From assembly GCA_943355005.1 (NCBI GenBank), contig CALRDV010000002.1:64397-128396 (forward strand): a stretch of DNA of 64,000 bases. Direction: 5' to 3'. The translations under genes and the position numbers were made by a program. The notes under the pieces were generated by a model that saw only the letters and a program-made list of their open reading frames with translations, searched no databases and was not told where the DNA came from. Shown here piece by piece: positions 19,254 through 29,518 of the stretch (the stretch's first letter is position 1; the number at the start of each line of letters is the position of its first letter). The stretch comes from Patescibacteria group bacterium (GTDB taxonomy: Bacteria; Patescibacteriota; Microgenomatia; UBA1400; MFAQ01).

Positions 19254-21524
19254 CTATTGTTTTCCTTCGTTCGGATCTATATCACACCCGGCGACACAGG
19301 CTAACTCCTGGGCTGCCTTGGTATAGTCCTCCTCTTCATATCGATACAGCTTACTAAAGTCTATCGATGGGAAATTAGGTTTAAGCTTTTCGTATTCTTC
19401 CTTATCAATTTCCTGATATGGCATCTGAGAATAAGCCGCATCATAAGATGGCAAGAAGGACATTCCCCCGATTAAATTTCGGTGTTCCCAAACCCACTTA
19501 ATCAAGTCAATTACTTCGTCCGGGTGATAAGTAATGGTTACACTAGGATTGTGTTCCGTCCAATTAATTTTATTCTGTAGCCAATACTCACATTGCTGGA
19601 TTGCCGAAAAGTTCTTTCGAGTGACGGCGCCATCAGGGGACTTGACAGGAAAATGAATCACCCAAGTGTTTGCATTTTCTGCCGTCTGACCGTTTTCCGG
19701 ATCCATCGGTACTCCTTCTGACTTTAATACCTTAAAGATAGAAGAATGAGTACTTACTCGAATATTTCGGACATAATACTGAGACCATCTGGCGTGAATC
19801 CCTGACGCACTATTAAATAGTTGGGAAGAATTACCGGAAGGCTTTACACAGGTCACCGCAGCCGCCTGATTAATTCCCAAAGCCTGAGCCGTAATCCTAT
19901 TTGTTTCTATAGCTACTTGTCTTAGGCGGTTTTGCACGGCAGCGTCTTGTACCACAGGACTATCCATTTGTCCGTTTATGTCTACTCCCAGCAATCTTTC
20001 CTCTTCACAATTCTTCTTCCATTGAGGCCTTAATCCGGAAAAGTTGGTTGCCATTGCTTGAATTGTTCCGATAATAGAAGCTACTTCTACCTTATCTTTT
20101 AGTGTTTCATAGGTATCCTCATGTCTGGCGATAGCAATTGAAAGGTTACAGAATTCATGAGGTCTCAATATAATCTCGCCACATGGATTAGTTCCAAACT
20201 CAGCCGCTTCTCTTCTGGCCGGTCTCATATCAATCGCCGATTGCCGATTAAAAATACCGGGCTCACCCCTACCGGACTTAACCATTTCAAGCATTTGCTT
20301 GGTTACTTCCAGCTGAGTTAGCCCAGACAGTGGCCAGACAGCACTATTGTTGGCGTTCCACCGTTGACTATTATCTCTTTCAAAATCTCCGGACTTACTG
20401 TCCCACATTTCCTTATCATCAAAGTCAAAGAGAGAAATCATAGCCGTTCTTCTCATCCCACCGGAAACAGCAGCAGTTCCAACCTCACACATAATATCGT
20501 GAGCATCAATAGGCCTCAGGAAACTCCCTTGTCTCGCAAACAATCTCTCTCTTACAAACTCCATCATTCTTCTAAATGGTTCGGGGCCGGAAGACCTACC
20601 ACCTTTTGTTAGGAGTATTGCTCCTGCAGGTCGAAGCATCGAATAATCAAACTTTATATCTCCACCATCAAACCAAACCGATAGGCCGGCTCGCAGTGCA
20701 GCGGCCCACCCCTCGGTTGTGTCCTCAACTACCATTTGTTTAGTCTCTAAACCATCTTGTCGCTTTACCCTTGGCAAATTTTCTACATACTTACTTTCTA
20801 CAGAGAAGCCGACCCCACACCCGTTCATAGAGATTAGTAGGGCTTCTACAAAAGAGTCAATACTATCTACCGGCTGGTAAGAACAGTTGTAAATAGCAAT
20901 ATTATTTCTTTTTGCAGCCGGACCTGCCATAGCCAAGAGCCTCATAGACGGGGTAGCTTTCATCTCCAACATTGAATTTCTTATTCTTTTATAAGCATCA
21001 GATTCCAGTCTTCCTTCAGATAGTTCGTGTAAGAAATCTACCGAGCGGTTTACAGTTTCTTTCCAGGTTTCCCTTCTGCCATAGTCGTAGTTAAAACGGG
21101 AGTATTTATCAAAAAACTGGAACTTTTGAATTTGATTCTCAAAATACACATCACTTTCGGCAAAAGCATCAGCCACCGCTTTTGGTATAGGTCTGGCATC
21201 CCTCAGCTTCGCATGTTCCAATCTGTAGATGATATAGCTTTTAGCTGCGGCAAACTCACCTGCTCCTTGCAATACAAGTTCTACTGCGTCTTGTACCTGC
21301 TCCACCGTTGGTTTTGTATATTTGACTCCAATAATATTTATCACTCTTTTTGCTAACTCCTCAATAGGAGTAGAGGGCACTTTCTCAATATCTTCGAAAC
21401 ACGACTTAATCGCCTTTTCTATTTTCGCCACCTCGAAAGGCATCACTCTACCATCCCTTTTCACAATTGTCTTGGGTATTTCGGGCTTAAGTTCTTCCAC
21501 TACCTTTTTCTTACTATTTTTCAT
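19254..21524 (-). CDS. nrdJ: class II (adenosylcobalamin-dependent) ribonucleotide reductase with N-terminal ATP cone
   Basis: IVKRDGR ATP cone, YNC, GTNPCGEI, FCNL, TCVKPSG, C-terminal CVAGC. Confidence 0.92.
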   Translation of the reverse strand: MKNSKKKVVEELKPEIPKTIVKRDGRVMPFEVAKIEKAIKSCFEDIEKVPSTPIEELAKRVINIIGVKYTKPTVEQVQDAVELVLQGAGEFAAAKSYIIYRLEHAKLRDARPIPKAVADAFAESDVYFENQIQKFQFFDKYSRFNYDYGRRETWKETVNRSVDFLHELSEGRLESDAYKRIRNSMLEMKATPSMRLLAMAGPAAKRNNIAIYNCSYQPVDSIDSFVEALLISMNGCGVGFSVESKYVENLPRVKRQDGLETKQMVVEDTTEGWAAALRAGLSVWFDGGDIKFDYSMLRPAGAILLTKGGRSSGPEPFRRMMEFVRERLFARQGSFLRPIDAHDIMCEVGTAAVSGGMRRTAMISLFDFDDKEMWDSKSGDFERDNSQRWNANNSAVWPLSGLTQLEVTKQMLEMVKSGRGEPGIFNRQSAIDMRPARREAAEFGTNPCGEIILRPHEFCNLSIAIARHEDTYETLKDKVEVASIIGTIQAMATNFSGLRPQWKKNCEEERLLGVDINGQMDSPVVQDAAVQNRLRQVAIETNRITAQALGINQAAAVTCVKPSGNSSQLFNSASGIHARWSQYYVRNIRVSTHSSIFKVLKSEGVPMDPENGQTAENANTWVIHFPVKSPDGAVTRKNFSAIQQCEYWLQNKINWTEHNPSVTITYHPDEVIDLIKWVWEHRNLIGGMSFLPSYDAAYSQMPYQEIDKEEYEKLKPNFPSIDFSKLYRYEEEDYTKAAQELACVAGCDIDPNEGKQ

Positions 21525-21534
21525 TTTTTATTAA

Positions 21535-21993
21535 TTAATTATTAATTTCCTTGGAATTCAAAACAAACTTTTTGTAATCTTCTGCATCACTAAAATCCAT
21601 ATAAACACTAGCAAATCTCATGTAGGCCAGTTCATCCAATTTTTTTAACCGTATTAGTACCATCTTCCCAATGTCGCTCGATTTAATTTCAACAGTTTTC
21701 CTGTTTAGCATTTTGCACTCAACTTCGTCAACCAAATTTTCTATCTCTTCTTTGGCCACCCGCCTCTTGTAGCAAGCTTTTCCAACTCCTTTCAAGAGCT
21801 TATCTCTGTCATACTGTTCCATTTTCCCGCTTTTTTTAATTACCTTTAGATCGATGTGGACTATCTTCTCGTGAGTCGTAAATCGCTTTTCACATTTCTT
21901 ACACTGTCTTCTTCTTCTCACACCCTCAGCTCCAGGTAAACCCCGACTCTCCAAAACATTTGTATCTTCGTTGTTACAGTATGGGCAGTTCAT
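21535..21993 (-). CDS. nrdR: transcriptional repressor NrdR
   Basis: MNCPYC...ESR...RRRRQCKKCEKRFTTHE, ATP cone, AYMRFASVY. Confidence 0.96.
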   Translation of the reverse strand: MNCPYCNNEDTNVLESRGLPGAEGVRRRRQCKKCEKRFTTHEKIVHIDLKVIKKSGKMEQYDRDKLLKGVGKACYKRRVAKEEIENLVDEVECKMLNRKTVEIKSSDIGKMVLIRLKKLDELAYMRFASVYMDFSDAEDYKKFVLNSKEINN

Positions 21994-22018
21994 ATTTAGC
22001 GTTGTCAATCATCTTTTA

Positions 22019-22034
22019 ACACTACCCCTAGTAT
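22019..22034. promoter_or_regulatory. putative NrdR box upstream of nrdR-nrdJ
   Basis: ACACTACCCCTAGTAT resembles the acaCwAtATaTwGtg consensus and abuts a minus-strand TTGACA (22034-22039). Confidence 0.45.
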
Positions 22035-22185
22035 GTCAACTGTAAAATAAGTAATCAGACTCTATCATTGAAGCCAATTTCCGCAAAATCTTCTTCAATT
22101 AAGGATTAATCCTATAGTTGATTTCCTGCCTATAAGTGCTAAAATTCCAACAATACACATTTTGTACCCTAAAAAGGAGGCCACC

Positions 22186-22803
22186 ATGCCTACAATCGAT
22201 TGGGATGCTGAAAAAAAAGCCAGAGAAAAAGCCAAAGAAATTGCAGATGAGGCTCGTAAGGCATACGTAGCTACTTATACCACCCAGGAAACTGACAAAA
22301 AAGCTACTGCAGGCATAAAGCTTCTGGAAACTCAGGAAAAAGTTTCTCTGTTTTTTAAAACCACAAAGTTTAATCATGCGATTCGTCAGACTCTCAGGTC
22401 TTTCGACCCCAGCCACACTGTCACAGCCTGGTTAGAGGGCCAACAAACACCATTGGGCGGTGAAACAAAAATCAGTCCTGATCATACCCCCGCCTTTGTT
22501 CTTGAAAGTCATGGCAAGAAAACACCTTCCGGAGCCCCAGGTCTCCATTACGTCGTACATTTCGGTGTACAACGTAGTGTAGAAATCTTTACTACCATCT
22601 GTCTAGATATGGCAAGTAATCCTTATCTATATGTCCATTTAGTGAACATCGATGGACGGACTCACGAATCTGACTGGGATAACACACTGGTCAATCCAAC
22701 CAACACAGAACTAGCCGAGTGGTTAAAAAAAGAAATCACCCTTTCAGGAATTAAAAAACCGGCAATAGTAGAGCGAGAACAACGAGTATTTCTTCCCGAC
22801 TAA
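22186..22803 (+). CDS. hypothetical protein
   Basis: AAGGAGG Shine-Dalgarno before ATG 22186, upstream TGcTAAAAT and a downstream terminator. Confidence 0.7.
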   Translation: MPTIDWDAEKKAREKAKEIADEARKAYVATYTTQETDKKATAGIKLLETQEKVSLFFKTTKFNHAIRQTLRSFDPSHTVTAWLEGQQTPLGGETKISPDHTPAFVLESHGKKTPSGAPGLHYVVHFGVQRSVEIFTTICLDMASNPYLYVHLVNIDGRTHESDWDNTLVNPTNTELAEWLKKEITLSGIKKPAIVEREQRVFLPD

Positions 22804-22807
22804 ACAC

Positions 22808-22835
22808 ACTCTCCCCTAACCAGGGAGAGTTTTTT
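22808..22835 (+). terminator. intrinsic terminator
   Basis: ACTCTCCC-loop-GGGAGAGT followed by a T-tract. Confidence 0.75.
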
Positions 22836-22836
22836 G

Positions 22837-23415
22837 TTACCCTAATACCGCCAGATTCATTCCAATTCGGGCCAAAATAGACCCTGCCACACTGCCCGTT
22901 TCTACTCTAATCCAAGCATTAATTACACCACCGGCTCCGGCAAAGAGAAACACTCCCAGCATATCAACCAACCCCAGCTTATAAACAAAAAACAATATTG
23001 GAAGCCGAATGACGGCCACCATTAGCCCAACAATAAGCAAATTAACCCCTCTTCCTTTTTGGATTTTCTCCAAATACCCCGCCACAAAACCACTAAAAAG
23101 TAGTTCCTCGGTAATTGCTGTGGCAACCGCTACACCTATTAAATTGGAATCAAACATTAATCCCATCAAATTAAATCTCCGGATCAAAACAAAATAAATA
23201 AGACCGACTAAAATTCCCATTACCAATGACATCAGATTATTCTTGCTAAACATGGTTACCCTATTCTTCATGGATAACTGCCACCAAAACACCGGAGTCA
23301 GCCACAGTATCGGTTTAAACCAAAGCTCAACAACCACATCCGGCATACGGACGAAACATCTGAAACTACCCCAAATCAAGAGTAAATACAAATAGTAGTA
23401 CCAAAGTCGCTTCAC
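22837..23415 (-). CDS. CPBP (Abi/CAAX) family intramembrane protease-like protein, degenerate motifs
   Basis: Multi-TM, ITEELLFSG, TGSV.GSILARIGMN. Confidence 0.65.
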   Translation of the reverse strand: MKRLWYYYLYLLLIWGSFRCFVRMPDVVVELWFKPILWLTPVFWWQLSMKNRVTMFSKNNLMSLVMGILVGLIYFVLIRRFNLMGLMFDSNLIGVAVATAITEELLFSGFVAGYLEKIQKGRGVNLLIVGLMVAVIRLPILFFVYKLGLVDMLGVFLFAGAGGVINAWIRVETGSVAGSILARIGMNLAVLG

Positions 23416-23435
23416 AACTAAATACTACCATACGA

Positions 23436-23503
23436 GCTTGCCTCGCCGAAGAGTGTTTCAAAGGCGGGCTTGCCTCACCTAAACCGATTTATCTATTGGC
23501 GGG
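23436..23503. repeat. two tandem GCTTGCCTC(G/A)CC-spacer-GGCGGG elements
   Basis: Copies at 23436-23468 and 23468-23503; a related CCCTCGCCATGGCGGGG lies near 46662-46678. Confidence 0.55.
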
Positions 23504-23518
23504 TATAATGAACATATC

Positions 23519-25891
23519 ATGCGTCCAAGCCACAAAGAAATACTTAAGAATATCGAGAAGAGTTATCAAAAACTCCTGGGAAGACGAAAATTTACCGCAC
23601 TCCAAATTATCCTGATTTTATCGGGACTATTTTTGATTTCACTATTTTTCTTGTTGAAAGATGTTCCCAGTCCTGCCAAATTAATCAAAACTCCCGCACC
23701 TGTTAGCACCAAAATTCTAGATCGTAACGGCAAACTCCTTTACGAAGTTTATTCAGATTACCGTCGCACTCCTATTGCGTCCAAAGATATTCCTGATTAT
23801 GTTAAAAAAGCCACTATTGCCATTGAAGATAAAAACTTTTACAAACATCATGGTCTGGACACCGTCGCCATTATTAGAGCTGCCTTCAACACCCTCAGGG
23901 GTAAAAGGCTCGAAGGTGGTTCTACCATCACCCAGCAACTGGTAAAGAACTCTTTACTCTCGGATCCAAGCCGAACTATCACCCGTAAAGTTAAAGAAGC
24001 CATACTCGCTCTAGTCACAGAATTTTATTACACCAAAGATCAAATCTTGGAACTTTATCTCAACCACTCTCCATACGGAGGTACAGTTTATGGCATAGAG
24101 ACAGCCGCCCAAACGTATTTCGGCAAATCAGCTAAAGACCTTGACCTTGCACAATCAGCACTACTAGCAGGGCTTCCTCAGTCCCCGACCCGATACTCAC
24201 CTTTCGGCGCAAATCCCGATCTCGCTATAAACCGCAAAGCCGAGGTTCTTAGACGTATGCAGGAAGATGGTTATATAACCAAAGAACAAGCTGATGCCGC
24301 TAAGAATGAAAAATTGGTTTTTGAAAAGAAGAATATTTCCATCAATGCCCCGCACTTCTCTCTCATGGTCAGAGATAGTTTGGTTCAAAAGTATGGTGAA
24401 GATAAAGTTAATATTGGCGGTCTAATAGTTACGACTTCACTCGATTTGGATTTACAAAATTATTTTCAAGCTTCCCTTTCGGCAGAGATGAACAAAATTG
24501 CTAAGCTCAAAATCAGCAATGGGGCAGCTATCGTTACGAAGCCAAATACAGGAGAAATACTGGCATTAATTGGTTCCAAGGATTATTACGACGATACTAT
24601 AGACGGTCAAGTTAACGTCGCCACTTCCCTGCGCCAGCCGGGCTCTTCCATTAAACCTGTCAACTACGCTACTGGATTACTAAATGGTTGGTCGGCAAGC
24701 ACTACTTACCTAGACGTCCCCACTTGTTTTACAGTCGCAGGCCAAAAACAATACTGCCCAAAAAATTATGACAGTACTTTCCGTGGACCGGTCTCTATGA
24801 GACAGTCACTAGCTAACTCACTAAATATTTCAGCCGTAAAAATGCTTGCTCTAAATGGTATAGATTCCTTCATTGCCACGGCTTCTGCTATGGGAATCAC
24901 TTCTTGGACAGATCCAAGTCGGTTTGGTCTCTCTCTGACTTTAGGTGGTGGTGAAGTCACCATGTATGACATGGCTAAAGTTTTTGGCACCTTTGCTAAT
25001 CAAGGTGTTACCGTTCCTCTTGTCTCAGTTCTTAAAGTTACCTCTTACGAAGGTCAAACACTCGAAGAATATCAGCCGGAAAAAATGGCCAACCTTGTCT
25101 CTGTTATGCCACTTAAATGGACAGATTTTTGGGATTATCAAAAAAATCCAGGCACCACCAACCCGACAGATCCAAAAGTCACACTTCCACTTGAAGTCCC
25201 TTTCATCATTTCCGATATCTTAGCTGACAATGGTGCCCGCTCAGCTGCTTTTGGCATAGGAAGTAAGCTTGTTATTCCTGGTCACTCCGTTTCAGTAAAA
25301 ACAGGCACCACAAACGATCTCAAAGACAACTGGACCATTGGCTACACCCCGGATTACTTAGCAGCTACTTGGGTAGGCAACAATGACAATTCTTCCATGA
25401 GTTACGTGGCTTCAGGAGTCACCGGTGCTTCACCAATCTGGAATACAATCATGAAAAAACTCCTCCAAAACACAAAAGACAGGCCTCTTTCCAAACCCGA
25501 AGGAATTACCAATTACCAGGTTTGCAACCTTACAGGATTTTTGGCTCAGCAAGAGAACCAGTGTGAGTCTCATTCAGAATATTTTATAAACGAGATGCTT
25601 CCACTCAGCCAAAACAACTTTCCATTAAAAAAGCAGGTTTGGGTTAGAAGGTCGGACAAGTATCCAATCCTACCCGGAGATGAAACCATTGATCGAGATC
25701 TAGAGGAGCACACTGTCGTATCCGATCCGTTTACCCAAGATTTTTGCCTAGACTGTGCCTACCCCGTAGATGACAAAGGTCATATTCAATGGCCACAAAC
25801 AGTTGTAGACTTGTCAAAATTTCAGTCTAGATTAGTTACTCCATTCAACTATATGCCCACAGTTACCCCGGAAAATGCTCCGCAAAATTAG
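23519..25891 (+). CDS. class A penicillin-binding protein (transglycosylase/transpeptidase)
   Basis: EDKNFYKHHG, GGSTITQQL, SSIK, SLN, KTG. Confidence 0.95.
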   Translation: MRPSHKEILKNIEKSYQKLLGRRKFTALQIILILSGLFLISLFFLLKDVPSPAKLIKTPAPVSTKILDRNGKLLYEVYSDYRRTPIASKDIPDYVKKATIAIEDKNFYKHHGLDTVAIIRAAFNTLRGKRLEGGSTITQQLVKNSLLSDPSRTITRKVKEAILALVTEFYYTKDQILELYLNHSPYGGTVYGIETAAQTYFGKSAKDLDLAQSALLAGLPQSPTRYSPFGANPDLAINRKAEVLRRMQEDGYITKEQADAAKNEKLVFEKKNISINAPHFSLMVRDSLVQKYGEDKVNIGGLIVTTSLDLDLQNYFQASLSAEMNKIAKLKISNGAAIVTKPNTGEILALIGSKDYYDDTIDGQVNVATSLRQPGSSIKPVNYATGLLNGWSASTTYLDVPTCFTVAGQKQYCPKNYDSTFRGPVSMRQSLANSLNISAVKMLALNGIDSFIATASAMGITSWTDPSRFGLSLTLGGGEVTMYDMAKVFGTFANQGVTVPLVSVLKVTSYEGQTLEEYQPEKMANLVSVMPLKWTDFWDYQKNPGTTNPTDPKVTLPLEVPFIISDILADNGARSAAFGIGSKLVIPGHSVSVKTGTTNDLKDNWTIGYTPDYLAATWVGNNDNSSMSYVASGVTGASPIWNTIMKKLLQNTKDRPLSKPEGITNYQVCNLTGFLAQQENQCESHSEYFINEMLPLSQNNFPLKKQVWVRRSDKYPILPGDETIDRDLEEHTVVSDPFTQDFCLDCAYPVDDKGHIQWPQTVVDLSKFQSRLVTPFNYMPTVTPENAPQN

Positions 25892-27092
25892 TCTATTTTT
25901 TCTCTTCTTGGCAATAATTTTTACTGGCATCACCGCCTATTCAGTTTGGAAAAATACATTACCACTCATCAGCCCGATTGCACTTATCGAAGTTATTACC
26001 GGAAACGCTCCTGCTACCAAATCAAAAAAAATTGTATACGGTTTCTTCCCCTACTGGAATCTTAAAGTGGCCGATGAACTGAATATCAGCCAACTAACTC
26101 ATTTTGCCTACTTTGCAGTAGATTTAAATCCGGATGGTACTATCAATAAAATAAACGACCACAAAGAGCAAGAACCGGGCTGGAATAAACTAAATTCAAA
26201 GGCTTTTGAAAAACTTTTATATCAAACAAAACTACTTGGTCAAAAAACTGTAATCACCATCACCGCTATGGATCCGGAAACAATCAGCTCACTGACAGAA
26301 GATTCTCAAATCTCTCTAACAGCAGTCCGTTCAATAATAGGTGTTTATCAAAACAAAGGTTTTGACGATATCAACGTAGACTTCGAATATGTAGGCGAGC
26401 CCAGTCAAAAAACAAGAGACGGTTTCACATTTTTTGTAAAAAGCCTAAAGTCAGCCTGTTTGTCAATTAATCCGAAATGCCAAATAGACATCGACGTTTT
26501 TGCCGATTCAGCCGAAAAATTCCGACTGTGGGATTTATCAGCTCTAAATTCCACGACCGATCACTTTATTGTCATGGCTTATGACTACTACAGAAAAAGC
26601 TCCAAGCAAGCCGGCCCCATTGCTCCGCTCACAGGTAAGTGCGGTTCAGACGCAAAACAAGATACCGTATGTCTTGATCAAGATATCATCACCCACATAT
26701 CTCAGTTCAGCAAAATACTTCCTTCAGACAAAATAATTTTAGGAGTTCCTTTTTATGGCTACGAATGGCAAACAGCGGACAATATGTATCTTGCAAACAC
26801 TTACCCCGGTACCGGTTCAATGGCCAGCTATTCTCGCATCCAATCCATTTTTTCGGACCCATTAGTATCTTCACTTTCGGCTCAATGGTCCACTCTTTCT
26901 TTAAGCCCCTACCTTTCATACACCAAATATAACAAAACATTCCTCATCCAATTCGAAAATACCGAATCGTTATATCAAAAAATTAAATTGGTAAAGTCTG
27001 CCAATCTTGGTGGCATAGCTATTTGGGCCTTAGGTTACGAAACTCCCTATCCGGATCTTTGGCAGCCCATCAAAGATCTTTCTTCCCTCTAG
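25875..27092 (+). CDS. membrane-anchored glycoside hydrolase family 18
   Basis: N-terminal TM, FDDINVDFEY, MAYDY, LGVPFYG, GGIAIWALG. Confidence 0.88.
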   Translation: MLRKISLFFLFLAIIFTGITAYSVWKNTLPLISPIALIEVITGNAPATKSKKIVYGFFPYWNLKVADELNISQLTHFAYFAVDLNPDGTINKINDHKEQEPGWNKLNSKAFEKLLYQTKLLGQKTVITITAMDPETISSLTEDSQISLTAVRSIIGVYQNKGFDDINVDFEYVGEPSQKTRDGFTFFVKSLKSACLSINPKCQIDIDVFADSAEKFRLWDLSALNSTTDHFIVMAYDYYRKSSKQAGPIAPLTGKCGSDAKQDTVCLDQDIITHISQFSKILPSDKIILGVPFYGYEWQTADNMYLANTYPGTGSMASYSRIQSIFSDPLVSSLSAQWSTLSLSPYLSYTKYNKTFLIQFENTESLYQKIKLVKSANLGGIAIWALGYETPYPDLWQPIKDLSSL

Positions 27093-27166
27093 TGTTTTGT
27101 TCTCCATAGATTTACAATAGGATTTAGCCCCGCCTTCGTACTTTCCAAAAAATTTTCCTTGAGTTT

Positions 27167-29491
27167 ATGGTAACAAAGAAAGAATCTAAAACAAACACCT
27201 TTCTCGCAGCTCTGGGTTGTCCTGTCTTTAAATTGTTCCTTTTCCTAGTTTCTCTAATTGGTTTTGCCTTAATTTTCCTCGACAAACTTTACAGTACTTT
27301 GTCATCCGCCTTGGCGGATCTATACAAATTAATTCCGATTTCTCGAATTAATTTAAACCTTAAAAGTTTATCAGAAATTCGCTTTCCTCAATTAAAGTAC
27401 CCTGTATTCCCCAAAGTTAAATTACTTAAACTTCGATACTTTCTTTTTGCATTATCCCTAACAAGTCTTTCTATTTTTACATATTTTGAATTCTTCAAAG
27501 GACTTCCGGACCCAAAATCATTACAAGATTTCCCCTCTAAGCTAACTACTCAGATTTTAGATCGAAACGGAGTTCTACTTTACAAAATCTATAAAGATGA
27601 AAACAGAACTCTTATTTCACTAGACACGCTACCTCAACACGTCAAGAATGCTTTCCTGGCCGCCGAAGACAAAGATTTCTATATTCACCAAGGCTTCTCA
27701 GTTCCAGGAATTTTCAGAGCCCTATATAAAAATATTTTTGATGACAGAGCAGAAGGAGGATCCACCATTACCCAGCAGCTAATCAAAAACACCATCCTTT
27801 CATCAGAAAAAACCATATCCAGAAAAATAAAGGAAATTATTCTCGCTATTAGAACAGAACGAATTTTTTCAAAAGACAAAATATTTGAGATGTATCTTAA
27901 TCAAGTAGGTTTTGGTGGTCCTGCCTACGGCATACAAGAAGCTTCCAAACAATATTTTGATTTGGATGCCAATCAACTTGATCTAGCCCAATCCGCCTTC
28001 TTAGCCGGACTGACCAGGGCTCCTAGCAAATACTCTCCTTTTGGAGATCAACCGGAGCTTGCAACTTCCCGCCAACAATTGGTACTCAATCAAATGTACA
28101 AAGACGGTTTCATTTCTGAAGCAGAATTACAAGCTTCACTAAATGAAAAGCTTGATTTCAAGTCAGCCAAAATTGAAATCAGAGCCCCCCATTTCGTCAT
28201 GCTAATCAAAAGCATTTTAGAAAGTCAGTTGGGTGAAAATAAAGTTGCCCAAGGTGGTCTAAAAGTTTTTACCACTTTAGATTCAAAACTTCAGGACGAT
28301 GTTCAAAAAATCGTAACAAGTGAAGTTGCATCTCTGAAAAATCTAAAAGTTAGCAATGGCTCTGCCCTAGTCACCAACCCTGAAACAGGAGAAGTCCTTG
28401 CCATGGTCGGCTCCAAAGATTATTTTGATCTCAAAAATAACGGTCAAGTAAACCTTACCACTTCTCTCAGACAACCAGGCAGTTCTATCAAACCCCTCAA
28501 CTACGCTCTCTATTTTGAAAATGGTCATGGTCCGGCCACCATAATTGATGATCGCCCTATCACCATTCATCTCTCCGGCCAAGAAGCGTGGACACCCAAA
28601 AATTACGATGGTCGGTTTCATGGAACTATAACCCTCCGACAAGCCCTTGGCAGCTCCTACAATATTCCTTCTGTTTTACTACTTGCTCAAAACGGCACAA
28701 CTAATTTCGCTGACTTTGCCAAAAACCTTGGCATCACCACATGGACAAATACTTCTCGATACGGCCTCTCAATGGCACTCGGAAGTCTAGAAGTAAGGAT
28801 GATTGATTTGGCCACTGCTTACTCTACTTTTGCCAATCAAGGATTTACATCACCTCTTCAAACTATTCTCAAAGTAGAGGAGCCAAGTGGAAAACAATTT
28901 CACCTTTCCGGCTGTCCAAATGGCAGCCCTAATCTGGCAGAGGGTAGCACCGTCAATGCCGAAGATAACAGCTGCAGTCCAAAAAGAACCATCTCTCCAA
29001 ACACCGCTTATTTAATTTCCGACATACTAAGTGACAATACTGCCAGAAGCCCGGCTTTTGGGAGCAATTCGATTTTGAATATCAAAAATGCCAAAGTAGC
29101 TGTAAAAACAGGTACCAGTAACGATCTAAAAGATAATTGGACAATCGGCTACACCAAGAACTTTCTTGTCGCCACTTGGGTGGGAAACAACGATAACTCG
29201 CCCATGTCCCAAATCGCCTCTGGTATCACCGGAGCATCCCCCATTTGGGCCAAGATTTTTAACAAAATTTTAGAAACCAATCACGAATCCACACAGCTTA
29301 TCGCCCCTGAAGACTTAATTAAAGTCCCTATCTGTCTTCTTACCGGAACTCTTACTTGCACAGGCTGTCCTACCAGAATCGATTATTTTGTCAAAGGAAC
29401 GGAACCCAAAAAAACCTGTGACCCTGTTGATATTCAAAACCGACTCCATCCATCAACACCGACTGTGCCACCAACCCCCCAAATCCTCTAA
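27167..29491 (+). CDS. class A penicillin-binding protein (second paralogue)
   Basis: EDKDFYIHQG, GGSTITQQL, SSIK, SYN, KTG. Confidence 0.95.
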   Translation: MVTKKESKTNTFLAALGCPVFKLFLFLVSLIGFALIFLDKLYSTLSSALADLYKLIPISRINLNLKSLSEIRFPQLKYPVFPKVKLLKLRYFLFALSLTSLSIFTYFEFFKGLPDPKSLQDFPSKLTTQILDRNGVLLYKIYKDENRTLISLDTLPQHVKNAFLAAEDKDFYIHQGFSVPGIFRALYKNIFDDRAEGGSTITQQLIKNTILSSEKTISRKIKEIILAIRTERIFSKDKIFEMYLNQVGFGGPAYGIQEASKQYFDLDANQLDLAQSAFLAGLTRAPSKYSPFGDQPELATSRQQLVLNQMYKDGFISEAELQASLNEKLDFKSAKIEIRAPHFVMLIKSILESQLGENKVAQGGLKVFTTLDSKLQDDVQKIVTSEVASLKNLKVSNGSALVTNPETGEVLAMVGSKDYFDLKNNGQVNLTTSLRQPGSSIKPLNYALYFENGHGPATIIDDRPITIHLSGQEAWTPKNYDGRFHGTITLRQALGSSYNIPSVLLLAQNGTTNFADFAKNLGITTWTNTSRYGLSMALGSLEVRMIDLATAYSTFANQGFTSPLQTILKVEEPSGKQFHLSGCPNGSPNLAEGSTVNAEDNSCSPKRTISPNTAYLISDILSDNTARSPAFGSNSILNIKNAKVAVKTGTSNDLKDNWTIGYTKNFLVATWVGNNDNSPMSQIASGITGASPIWAKIFNKILETNHESTQLIAPEDLIKVPICLLTGTLTCTGCPTRIDYFVKGTEPKKTCDPVDIQNRLHPSTPTVPPTPQIL

Positions 29492-29518
29492 AATATTATC
29501 ATTTAAGTTCATCACCTT

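Noticed and set aside
21994-22160. Cobalamin riboswitch upstream of nrdR-nrdJ
   Set aside because: No B12-box or GGGAA/GCCACTG elements are visible.
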